DNA from: the human T2T-CHM13v2.0 reference genome, Homo sapiens
Reading direction: 5' to 3' (one strand)
DNA: 64,000 bases
Assembly (NCBI RefSeq): GCF_009914755.1
Contig: NC_060928.1
The notes below the pieces were generated by a model that saw only the letters and a list, made by a program, of their open reading frames with translations, did no database searches and was not told the origin of the DNA. The translations under genes and the position numbers were made by a program. Numbering within the stretch: the stretch's first letter is position 1; each line of letters starts with the position of its first letter. Positions 1-11,721 of the stretch are shown in pieces.

Positions 1-807
1 AGATTAGCTAGGCACAGAGCACTGATTGGTGCATTCACAAACCCTGAGCTAGACACAGGGTGCTGATTGGTGCATTTACAAACCTTGAGCTAGACACAGG
101 GTGCTGATTGGTGTATTTATAATCCCTTAGCTAGACATAAAGGTTCTCCAAGTCCCCACTAGACTCAGGCAGGAGCCCAGCTGACTTCACCCAGTGGATC
201 CTGCACCGGGGCCGCAGGTGGAGCTGCCCGCCAGTCCCGTGCCATGTGCCCACAGTCCTCAGCCCTTGGGCGGTCAATGGGACCAGGCGCCATGGAGCAG
301 GGCGCGGCGCTCATCAGGGAGGCTTGGGCTGTGCAGGAGCCCATGGCGATGGGGAGGTTCAGGCATGGCGGGCTGCAGGTCCCGAGTCCTGCCCCGTGGG
401 GAGGCAGCTGAGGCCTGGCGAGAATTCGAGCACAGTGCCAGTGGGCTGGCATGGCTGGGGGACCTGGTGCACCCTCCACAACTGCTGGCCTGGGTGCTAA
501 GCCTCTCACTGCCCAGGGCCAGTGGCTACCGGCCAACCGCTCCAAGTGCAGGGCCCGCTGAGTCCACGCCCACCCGGAACCCACGCTGGCCCGAAAGTGC
601 CGTGCTCAGCCCCGGTTCCCGCCCATGCTTCTCCTTTCACACCTCCCTGCAAGCTGAGGGAGCCAGCTCTGGCCTCGGCCAGCCCAGAAAGGGGCTCCCA
701 CAGTGCAGCAGCAGGCTGAAGGGCTCCTCAAGCACGGCCTGAGTAGGTGCCGAGGCAGAGGAGGCACCGAGAGCAAGCGAGGGCTGCCAGCATGCTGTCA
801 CTTCTCA
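1..807 (-). mobile_element. LTR12 (ERV9 LTR, long LTR12C/D-type), U3 portion, runs off the left edge of the window
   Basis: Ends ...ctgccagcatgctgtcacttctca, the reverse complement of the LTR12 start TGAGAGGTGACAGCGTGCTGGCAG. GC-rich U3, with tandem gctgattggtgc..tttaca..ctagacacag (CCAAT) units at 1-140. Confidence 0.95.
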
Positions 808-1073
808 GCACCTTTGGCAGAAAATTAGGTTTACATGAGACCACTAGGATGTAGCCTCCCTAATGGGATTAGTATACAAAAGAGAGACCAGAGATCTCTC
901 TCCATGTGAGGCTAACACAAGATGGTGTAAGTCTGAATGAGACCCTCCCAGACACCCACCAACACCTTGAAATTTGTCTTCTCAGCCTTCAGAACTGTGT
1001 AGAATTAATATCTGTTGTTTAAGTCACCCAGTTTATAGTATTTATGTTATAACAGTTCGAATTGAGTAAAACA
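808..1073 (+). mobile_element. MLT1A/B-type MaLR LTR, 3' part (interrupted by the LTR12)
   Basis: ccatgtgagg..caagatgg, cagccttcagaactgtg, tgttgtttaagtcacccagtttatagtattt..aaaca match MLT1 3' motifs. Confidence 0.75.
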
Positions 1074-1130
1074 CAAGCATACTTGATGAATGTGAGTAGA
1101 AGCAGGTACCTTATATATTTAAAATTTCAC

Positions 1131-1426
1131 TTTTTGGTTTGTCTGTTTTTGAGACTCTCACTCTGTTGCCCATGGTGGAGTGCAGTGGCACAATCTCTGC
1201 TCATTGCACCTCCATCTCCCGGGTTCAAGTGATTCTCCTGCCTCAGCCTCCCGATTAGCAGGCATTACAGGTGTGTGCAACCACACTTGGCTAATTTTTG
1301 TATTTTTAGTAGAGACAAGGTTTCGGCATGTTGACAAGGCTGGTCTCAACTCCTGACCTCAGGTGATCCACCCACCTTGGCCTACCTTATTGCTAGGATT
1401 ACAGGGGTGAGCCAGTGTGCCCATCC
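1131..1426 (-). mobile_element. AluS element
   Basis: T-rich tail followed by gagactctcactctgttgccc...ctcctgacctcaggtgatcc...gagccagtgtgccc; dimeric Alu. Confidence 0.95.
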
Positions 1427-2931
1427 TAAATTTTCATATTTAATACCATGTCTGACATATAGTATGAACTCAGTATAAATTCTAATTAATTAATAACTCA
1501 ATGAATTCAAGATAGACTCCATTTTTTATTGTTATAGTAAATATAACTAAAAATCAAAATTTGTATGCCAGCATTTTATGTTTAAGTTATAACAAATAAC
1601 ACTCAAGATTATATCAGATGCAGGATAAATTATGACAGATTAATATTTTGAATGATTTAAATTTAAATGTGAAATTCATAAATGTGAAATTATTTTCCTT
1701 TAGTAGAACAACTCAGTTCTTATTAGATTTAGTTTTGTAAAAAATTAATCCTCCTGTATGTTTTCTTACAACAAACCTTGTGCAATAAAAATAAATAAAT
1801 TACATACATCAATTTGTAACTCAACCTTAGGTTTGTGATAAACTTATTTAAATGCCAACTTAATTCATTTTCCTATTGAATCTAATGTATGTGATATTGC
1901 ATGCCCTTCTTTCATGTTCTGAAACAATAAGTCATATTTTATGTTTTAAAATTAAATACATACATATTTATCAATATTTATATGTATCAATATAAAGCAA
2001 TTCCAATAATATGGAAAATATAAAGAAATACATACCACCTGAAATCTCATCCATAAATAAATCACTGCTAGCATTTCTATAATTTTTCTTGTAGACATAT
2101 TTTTATACACACATAACAATTTACATAAATGGCTTAAGATTCATACGATGCAGTGACTTTAAGCAAAATATTTGAATTTGTTATAAAGCAAAATATGTAA
2201 TCTTTAAACTTGAATGGCAATCCACAGTTTAGGGCAAAAATAAAAAAAAATGAAATGAAATGAATCTCTTGCTTCATTTCTTCCAGTTTCCATGTTCTCA
2301 TCCCCAGCACTCAACTATTTTAGTTGTCTTCTATTCTCTCCATTTTCCTGCTGTAGATATATCACATTAACTTATCCAATCCTTATGATGTACATTTATG
2401 CAGCTTCTAAATAGTGTTATTGTAAAATGTATTATGAGTAAATACTGTTGTGTACCTATATTTTTGCAGTCTGATTTTCTTTTTAGTATAATTCCTAGTG
2501 AAAGTAATTTCTAAGGGAGAAGAGTGTGCAATTTTTACATGAACTCATATTAACTCTTCCACCTACTCCATGTGCTTATGCTATTTCTTAACCCCTCTGT
2601 GTATCTGTTTTTTTACGTACATAGAGGAAACTACTGCAGTGGAAGTATCTGATTAGATTGTTTGTGTTGATTGCAAGAGCTAATATACATTCATTTTCTT
2701 ACACAGAGTAAGCATTTAATAAATCTAGTCTTTATTATTTCTGATATAATAATTAATAATGCTGTTACTGGATATAAGTTGTTTTCTCAGTTGTAACTGA
2801 GATAAATATTATTTTTATATTCTGTCATTTACATTTTAAATTTTTTAATGACTATTTCCTTTGCTTTAAAATAATTTTAAATTTTCAAATATTCACAGGA
2901 ATTGTTATTTTTTATTAAGATTTTATGGTTA

Positions 2932-3032
2932 GTCGTCACTTGGATGGCACATATATTAAAATTGGAATGATACACAGAAGATTAGCATGGCCCTTGCACA
3001 AGGATGACATACAAATTCCTGAGGCATTCCAT
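2932..3032 (+). pseudogene. RNU6: Full-length U6 snRNA retropseudogene with A-rich tail (3033-3090) and 15-bp TSD
   Basis: gcacatatattaaaattggaatgatacacagaagattagcatggcccttgcacaaggatgacatacaaattcctgaggcattccat aligns end to end with U6. TSD aagattttatggtta (2917-2931) / aagattttatggtca (3091-3105). Confidence 0.95.
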
Positions 3033-3401
3033 TAAAATTTATTTAAAAGTAAACATAATAAATAAATGAATAAATTAATTAATTAAAAACAAGATTTTAT
3101 GGTCAATTCATAATAACCCTCTCCAGTTCAAGGTTTAAAACATTTTATTACTATCTTGTTTCACTAATTTTACTGTTCTAAATTCTACTTTGGAATTAGT
3201 ATTAAATTTGACATTTCTTTTATTATGAATTATAATGAATAATACAAATTTATTTTAATTGTTGTTCCAGATGATATGGGCAATTACCCCAATACCAGTT
3301 ATTAAATAATACATCCCTTACTCCATTTATTAAAAATTATATTTTAATCAAATATTACAGTAAATGTCTCTGTACTCTCAATTCTGATCCATTGATTGAA
3401 G

Positions 3402-3888
3402 TGTAGGCACAGAGTATGACTGGCCTATTTAATATCCATCATTGGCTCTTGATATTGTTAACATTATCCCAGCTACATCTACTGAACAGATGTGTGAGGA
3501 AAGATCAGGGGATGAAACTTAATAGGACTACATCAGTCACTATAATCCCACCGTTTTGCTAGTGTTTAGACAAGGGGTAAGCACGTAAACCCACTTCTGG
3601 TAAATGACATATTGAAAGAATATTGCCTTTCTCCATATTAGAGATGATTACAGGAAGAATATTTTCTTTCCACTCACCGATTTCTTTCCTCATGGTTTGC
3701 TGTTGTTTAGGACTTGTCTGTTACCCTGGAAGGCATATTGTAATGAGGACACACAGATCCAGAGCTACTGGAAAAAAAAAAATCCAAAGCTCCCCAATTC
3801 CAGATAGTTTAAGTAAATAATAGAGAACATTATCTCTTAAACCATGGCCCCTCAGATATTTTATTATCTTCTGCCAAGCTGAAAACCT
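3402..3888 (+). mobile_element. Ancient MaLR LTR (MLT1I/J/K-like)
   Basis: aggggtaagcacgtaaacccacttctggtaaatgaca resembles the MLT1J-type motif. The segment splits an otherwise continuous antisense L1. Confidence 0.55.
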
Positions 3889-5019
3889 TGCTTTGTTCCT
3901 ATGCTGGCATCACACTGTTTTAATTATTAAGACTTCACTAAGTTTCAATATTATATATGAAAAGTTTTCCACAAATATATCATTTTTTACCTTTTTTGTT
4001 ATCACCCTCACATGAGTATTTTTTAAGAAGAGTTTATTTGTTTTAGGTCACAAAAATATTTTACAAATTGTATTAGGAATTTGAATTACAGTGGATGTGT
4101 TTACAAATTTGTAGACAATATTTTTAGAAAATGTACGTTTCTTGGCTAGGAATAAAATATGATTTCCAATTAATTAAAATAGGCTCTTAAGTAAATTAGT
4201 AAATATTTAAAACTTTCCTCATATAATGTACATTTACATCAAAATATTTCTCTTTATTTTCTTATGATAATTTCTAACTGGTCACTTGACTTATTCCTCA
4301 TATAGCTATTGCTTTATTTTCTTATAATTCATGAGCATACAATGATATCAACCATACATAGCAGGAATTTTTATAATTTCTTTATTATAGTATTTTATAT
4401 TACTGTGTTAGTGTATACTACCATATTAATGTAAGTAATAGATGTGGTTGATTACTGATAGAATTCCTGACTTTCTTGGGAATGTTTGATTATATCACTA
4501 TTAGGCAAAATATTAGGTTTTATATCTATATATGTTTTTAATTATTTTAATTATATTGAGATATTCTCATTTTATTATGAGTTTTAAAAAGATTTTATAT
4601 TTTTATTCAGATTACTCTATGGCTTATTGTATATTGATCTATAAAAATGTTGACTTATATTAAGGTTTTTTTAAACATTAAGTCATCCTTGCATTTCTGA
4701 AGTTGTTAAACTGTTTTATTATCTTATTGTTTATTGTATTTACTATTTATTATTATATACTATTTATTCTATATGATCTACTACATTAAATATTGTGGAA
4801 TTTATTTTATCTTATTGTAGTAGCTATATAAAATATTATTTACTGTTTATTACTTATTTTTTCAATGAATTCAGTAAATATGGTATCAATGCATGATTCT
4901 GTTTTATGATTTTTCATATAATGTAATGATACCATATGCTTCTTGAAATCACTTAAGATGAAATTTCTACAGATGTAAAATAATGACAATATGTAAGCAC
5001 CAAGACAGTGGCTTCTTGT

Positions 5020-5425
5020 TTTTTTAAAGTAGAGTTTATTTATAGAACAGTTTTAGGTTTATAAAGTTATTAAACAAAGTTTACAGATAATTCCAAAATA
5101 TCCCCTCTTTACCCTTCCTCCAATCACAGTTTCTCCTGTTATTAACTTTACGCCTTGCTGTAGTACATCTGTTCCAATTGATGACACATTATTTATAATT
5201 TATTGCTAACAAGCTCGTAGTTTACCTTAGAGTTCCCTCTGTGTGTTCTATAGTTCTATGGATTTTGATAAACCTGTGAATAATATTATGTATCCACCAC
5301 TGTAGTATCATAAAAATGGTTTCACTTTGAAAAAATCCCCTCTGCTACACCTAATTGTCCCCTCACCACAGACTGAAACCCCTGGCAACCAGTAACCTTT
5401 CCCTGTCTCTACAGTTTTGATTTTC
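5020..5425 (-). mobile_element. Old L1 (L1MC/MD-type) 3' UTR fragment
   Basis: ttatagaacagttttaggttta..cagtttctcctgttattaac..cccctggcaacc are typical antisense L1MC/MD 3' end motifs. Confidence 0.7.
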
Positions 5426-5429
5426 TTAC

Positions 5430-5432
5430 AAA

Positions 5433-5463
<31 letters not shown>

Positions 5464-5474
5464 ATCAATCAATC
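5430..5474 (+). repeat. (AAAT)n(CAAT)n microsatellite
   Basis: Directly visible tandem units. Confidence 0.95.
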
Positions 5475-7469
5475 CTGGCTCTGTAAGATTATGTGTTGTA
5501 GTTTTAAGTCAAATATCTGAGTGAGTTAAAGTCATCCGAACGGAAGTACACTAATAACGGAAATGTGTGTGTAGGTATGAGCACGTAGGAATGCCGGCTG
5601 AAATAACGTGGCTAATGTAGTTGGGCTAATGTTCTGCTGTGTTCCGAATCCACCATCCCCATTGGAGCCTATGCTAGATTGCTAGATATGAAGGAGAAGT
5701 AAAGTTTACCTCAATCATTCCTATCTCAATAATTCAATCTTTCTTTTCCCCTGAAAACTTGCCAGCCTCTAGCAACATGTATATCTCAATGCTTTATGCC
5801 AAAATTGTAGGAATGTTTACTATTAGTTGACATACTTTGTAGGCATTTGCCTCCAGTAACCGTAATTGTTGAGATACAGAGCAAGTACTCACGGACCTAC
5901 GTGGGGCAGGCACTGTGCCAGGCTGTAAAGAGGAAAGGGGTAGAAAGTGGAATTGAGTTTTAATAAATAAAATTGATCTCTAGTCCTTCTCAAAATTTTT
6001 TCTTACAAGTCATACTAAATGTCTTATATTTCTCTCAGAAAAATGACTGAATGTCTATATTTTAATCTGCCTAGGCTTTTTCTTGTGAGAATTTAATAGG
6101 CTATGTAGGGTTCATGGCCCAAATTCTCCAACTACAAAAAAATACACAATATTTATTATCTGTTATCTGTACCATTATACTAATAAATTCACATACAATA
6201 TTTTTGTTTACATTTTAATAAAAAATAAATCAGATTTCTAAAGAACTGCTCTCGTTGATAACCTATATAAATTAATGCTTAGAAAATTTGGGTCTTAAAC
6301 ATAAACTTCAGAAACATTTTTGGAGCTTAATCAGCTAATTTCACATACTTCATTGGCAAAAGAAATTACACAAGAGATGGCTAGAGTTCGTTCTAAACAT
6401 TTATTAAATTGCAGAGAAAAATGTATAGATGATGAGTCACTAGCCTTCATAAAAAAGCTTGCAAAAATGTCATAATATTGCCAAAAAATGTGATGTGAAA
6501 CATTAGTGTTTTTCTATAGTCATCTAGTCATCACAAATGCTATAAAATAAATATTTCAATTCATCTCCAGCTTCTCCATTTTTATAACTGAAAACGCTTT
6601 CTTGAGAATGAATTGCCTCAGATGTTGAAAAAGTTTGGAAATATCACTAGATTAATTATATTTTAACAATCAATATTGAGTAATGGGCAGGGCATTCTAG
6701 GATCAGCCAAAAACAGTATAGCTGCAATTTTTGCCTTTGGGAAATCTGATAAAGATTTTAAAGGATATTCTCTAGCATTGTTTTGACTTTTATAACTGCA
6801 AACACATTTTCTCTAGAAAAAAAGTAGTTTTGCTTCATATGGTTGAAAGTAAATTTCTATTATTTTCATATCTGAAAATTAATAGTACCTGTAATTTCTT
6901 CAAGTTGAAGTGTCATTCCCGAAAGGATAAAATAAGAGCATTAAAATTGATTAATATTTTCGCCAGAAAAAGCTAATAAGAAGAAACAGTAGATTTAAAA
7001 TACTTCCTACATAATTTAAGTATGTATGATTGATTATATTTTCATTTCATTCATGTGTGGATATATTTCTCCCCAAGTATGTCATAAACTTTTTAAGAGA
7101 TTAAAGTACATATCTTTTTTTAATTACATCTAGCCCAGTATTAAACATGGAATATATATTTAATTAATACTTAGCAATTGTTTATGGATTTTTTCTTTTG
7201 AATGAAGTAAAACAAACGTATCATAATAGTTCAATGATGGTTTTACTTGTAGCATCATCCATACACAATTCTTTGAAATTTTTTATTATTAGTATTCTAT
7301 GTTCATGAAAATATGAAAAATAAAGTACAAGAAATATGTAAAATTATGTTGACAGCTTTACCCTTAAGGCGTGGATTATAATTCAGCCCATGAATCTAAG
7401 ATATCATTATTAAAACAGAGATCAATGTTGTTTTATGTCCTGATCAATAGCAGTGTAGTAAAATACAGT

Positions 7470-7645
7470 GCTAATAATATTAACAACACTTCCACAATAA
7501 TTAACATATATAGACACAGGCCTAAGCATGTTATCTGGATTATCTCAAGTATTCGTCCTAAAAAGTCTTACAGATAAATTTATTTTCTCTGGTTTATACA
7601 TGAGCAAATTGAGAAGAGTACAGATTTTTAGTAAGTTGCCAAGTT
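7470..7645 (-). mobile_element. MIR fragment
   Basis: tttatacatgagcaaattgag..agtaagttgccaag resembles the antisense MIR core. Confidence 0.55.
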
Positions 7646-7699
7646 TTATTTGAGAACAAAACTCATGCTCTTTAATTAATTGAAATAAATATTCTAACT

Positions 7700-9845
7700 G
7701 GGTCATCCCATTCTCCATCAGGACTTCTTGATTTTATAGTTCACTATTTCTCTTATATTACATCAAAAGTCTACTGAGTCTACACCTTTACTACCTATGC
7801 TACTCCTTCAAGTCATCACCCCTCTTTCTGTTCATCTTATAGTATTATAATGACTGTTGCATCTAATTTTAGCCTTTTGGCACCTCTCTGTTTGACTGCA
7901 AAACTGCAAACGTCAGTAAATTAGCCTCTTTCCCTGCTTTAAGCCTATTCTGGGATAGCTGAATGTGACAAGAGAAAAACACAACCATACTGTCAGGGCT
8001 TACTTTAAATCCATGATTATTTCATTAAAGCAAGCTCATAGTGATGCCAGGTAATCTTACTTCAGTTTAATGGTCCATTGATTCTCACACACTTCTAGAG
8101 GTAATTTTATTAATTTTTCTCTTGTCACATCTTCCAGTCTTACCCCCATTGTCATTCTCAACTGACCGTTTTCTTCCTATTTGACTAAAAAATTATGAGC
8201 TGGTGGAAGAGTACTTCAGCACAATGCCACCAGCACAGTACGCATGTACTGGAAGCTTTGCCCAGATACTCAATATTTCCTTCTGCTACCAACAACAATC
8301 TGTCTGGGCTCCTATCTAAAACCTGTTTGTCTACTTGTGCCCATTGTTCCATCCTTTTCTTCCTACTGAAGGACATAGATCTATCAATATTCCTATCTCT
8401 CTCCTTTCTCCTACATCATCAAATTTTTTTCCTACCTATTAGAACTTTCCTAATAGCATTTAAACTTGCTTAAATTTTTCAAAATTCACGTTTCTTAAAT
8501 TTCTCTGTAATCAATCACCATATTTATTACCTTTATTTCAACCCCCCCCTCAAAAAAAAATTACTCTATGTCCTCAATTCCTCTCTTGCCATTCTGAGTC
8601 AAGACTATTCCAATGAATGGATTTTCTACCACTGTTCTTTTGAAATTGCTATATGAAAACATTAGTGGCTTCCACATTGTCAAACACTCTGTCTTTATTG
8701 CAGTTGACAGAAAATTAAACATAGTTGATCATTTGCTCCGTTTTGATGGGTTTTTGTTTTTCCACTTGGCCTCTAGGTCATCTATTTCACTGCCTTCTCC
8801 CTTCAAGTCTGCTTTGCTGGTGTTTCTGCATTACTTTGACCACTTCATATTCAAGGGCTATAAGATTTAGTAACTGAATCTCTTCTCTTAATCATCTACA
8901 TGTACTCTCTTGGTGATCTCATGCAATTGTATTGCTTTAGAATCATATCTCAGCTAATGTTCATAGAATTTGTATCCCTGGCTGATAACTATTTTTTGAA
9001 CTGCAGACTGATATATTCAACTATTTCTTTGGTATCTCCATTTAGGTGTCTAACAGAAGTTAGAAAATTAACATATCCAAAAATGTGTTGCTTTCTTATC
9101 TCGAAAACTGTGTCTTTTCCATCCAGACCTATTTCAATTATAGACTACTTTCTAATTTTAATTTCTGATACCAAAACTTAGACTCATCCTTGAATGTTTC
9201 CCTTTTCTTTCATTCAGATTAAGTTCACCAGCAACTTATTTGCTTTACTTTGAAAATGAATTAATAATTCTACCACCTCTTAATACTGTCATATCTGCTA
9301 TCTTGGTCCAAACCATCATTTCTCATCTGGATTATTCTTGCAATTGCATTCTAAATCTTCTCCACAATTCTGACACTGCATTTCTGTTTTAAACACAGCA
9401 GCTACATAATATTTTAAGAATTTATTTCATGCTATTAATCTTTTAAATTCCTCCTCTTCAGTGTGTTTTCTTATCAATCAATACAGGGACAGAAGCCTAT
9501 ATGTACGCATCATAACCAATACCTGTTACCTTTCTGACTCTGCCCTTCACTCTCCTCAATACTTCTGTGATCCACACCCTGGTCTACTTGCTGTTCTTCA
9601 AGGCACTTGCACCTGACATTTCTTCTACCTATAATATCTTCTATTCACAAACCTGGTAATCCTATTCCATTCCTTTATTTATTTTTATTCATAGCACTTT
9701 CACTATGTTCTACATGTAATGCTTGTTTCCTCTTCAATTCTCCCACACCAATAGGGAAGGAGCTTGAATTTGCCACTGTAGTTCAAAAATGTAATGCCTA
9801 CTGTTTATAATGTACTAAAAATATTTGCTCAATGAATATATGAAC
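7700..9845 (+). mobile_element. L2 LINE, ~2.1 kb 3' portion
   Basis: Pyrimidine-rich L2 motifs (ggtgatctcat, ggtccaaaccatcatttctcatctggattatt) ending in the canonical aaatatttgctcaatgaatatatgaa. Confidence 0.8.
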
Positions 9846-10787
9846 AAAGTAATGAAAGTGATGGAGAACAAATCTAAATCTAGAATTAAAATTAAGGAAT
9901 ACTCAAAGATGTAACTCTTTTCAAATGAGTTCATTTAAGGACTGTTGTAGAAAATGGTTTTCTTTTAATGTTGATCAGTGTAGACAATTCAGATAATTTC
10001 TCAAAGTAAGTTTGGCTTTCTGACAGTGTAAATAAATTGATAATTTCCCACATTTTATATTAATGTCTAACATGATCACATTCAAAACTAAAGAATGTGT
10101 AGGTTTTTAGAATAAGTCTGGAGATGTGAATATGTTGTAACTTTCAATTAATTCCAGTTCAGTTTTTATATCATTTTCTGTGAATGAATTACTATGCAAA
10201 GTTGCAGATGTGTAATAAACACAAGCACAATATACATAATCTGAACAATGTCTTATATACAAAATCATAGAATTGTAAAATTGGAGGAGCTGTTTGAACC
10301 TTGGAAGGTATTTCAAAGAAAAAATAAGAGAAACTGTTTTCTTTGGTGCAGGTTAACTAAAGGAACATATTAAGTATGACACAACTTGAATAGTAATTAT
10401 AGTCTTCATTCATTAATTGCCTACTACAAGCTGTTCAATGCTGGATTTTTTTTTTTGTGTGTGTGTGTATACATATATATATATATTAAATTCATGTGTA
10501 CAGAAAAGCCCATTTTGAACAGAAGCAAACAATGCTGTTTGATATACTCTTAATATTTTATTTCAATATCAGGCAGGCAGTAATTTATTATTGCTTACTT
10601 AGCTAATACATTTTAAAAAGAAAAAAACTAGTAAAAAGCACATGACATATTTGTATAATCTGCTACATATTTGTGATTATGTCACTTTGAAAAGCTTATT
10701 TGAAGGGAGAAATAAAATATAATATGTTGTGTAATAAAAAAGTCTTGATTATTCAACATTGTATTCTATCTAACAAGTATAGCATTT

Positions 10788-10874
10788 GGTCTAATTTAAC
10801 ATTTTAACAATGAGTATTCCCATACCACTTTACTCAGTTAAAATATTAGCCTACAAATAGATCTTGATCAATAT
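10788..10874 (+). repeat. 87-bp direct repeat, copy 1
   Basis: ggtctaatttaacattttaacaatgagtattcccataccactttactcag...atcttgatcaatat; 6 mismatches versus 11635-11721. Confidence 0.95.
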
Positions 10875-11315
10875 ATATAGGTGCTCAGACACTATGTGAA
10901 TAAATAGAAGAATTATTCTTTAATGATGAATATTTTTGTAACACAATTATTTATTAACTCATGAAGACGTATACTTCTGTAATGCTAAATTATTGGCATT
11001 TAAACAAGTAAGCATTTCTGAAAGTATGCATATAGAGATGTCAAAACTGGTGCAGACAGTGACATAACCCCCCATTCAAATATGGAATTTTATTCAAAAC
11101 GTTTAAAACCTGTATGATACCATCATAAACCAGTCAGAGTGAGTGCATTTTTATATCACTGGCACCCCAACAAACACCCTGTGGTGGCAGGTGTTAATCC
11201 TAATGGTTCTGATCATCTGGATGTTGAGGGGAGGAGGTCCTCTGTGTGGTCAAAGTAGTATGGAGAATGGAGGGAAGAATGTGACAAGTAGCAGAAAAGA
11301 AATAATTTACTGGTC

Positions 11316-11638
11316 TTTTGTTTGTTTGTTTTGTTTGTTTTTTGGTTTTTTTTTTTTTTTTTTTCCTTTTGAGACAGGGTTTCTCTCTGTTGCCCCAGGC
11401 TGGAGTGCAGCAGTGTGATCTCGGCTCACTGAAACCTCCATGATTCTCCTGCCTTAGCCTTCCGAGTAGCTGGGATTACAGGTGCCCACCACCATGCCCA
11501 GCTAACATTTGTATTTTTAGCAGAGGCGGGGTTCTGCCATATTGGCTGGGCTAGTCTCGAACTCCTGACCTCAAGTGATCTGCCCACCTCGGCCTCCCAA
11601 AGTGCTGGGATTACAGGCGTGAGCCACCGCACCTGGCC
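11316..11638 (-). mobile_element. AluS element with long T/TTTG tail and a small right-arm deletion
   Basis: gagacagggtttctctctgttgcccc...gagccaccgcacctggcc. Confidence 0.95.
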
Positions 11639-11721
11639 TAATTTAACATTTTAATAATGAGTATTCCCATACCACTTTACTCAGGTAAAATATTAGCCTA
11701 GAAACAGATCTTGGTCAATAT
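11635..11721 (+). repeat. 87-bp direct repeat, copy 2 (joined to the Alu 5' end)
   Basis: ggcctaatttaacattttaataatgagtattcccataccactttactcag...atcttggtcaatat. Confidence 0.95.

Larger units (their letters stand above)
1960..4900 (-). mobile_element. Very old L1M/L1ME fragments (3' UTR and ORF2 3' region), interrupted by the U6 copy and an MLT1 LTR
   Basis: Degenerate antisense L1 motifs, e.g. caattaccccaataccagttattaaataat and ctcaattctgatccattgat, resuming after the insertion as atgctggcatcacactgttttaattatt. Boundaries approximate. Confidence 0.55.

Noticed and set aside
165-742. 139-182 aa GC-rich ORFs, and similar ones at 53301-53868
   Set aside because: They lie wholly inside LTR12 U3, where GC richness makes stops rare. 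They overlap in several frames and show no protein motifs.
8185-9810. Several 60-93 aa hydrophobic ORFs
   Set aside because: They fall within a decayed pyrimidine-rich L2, and composition explains the Phe/Leu/Ser bias.
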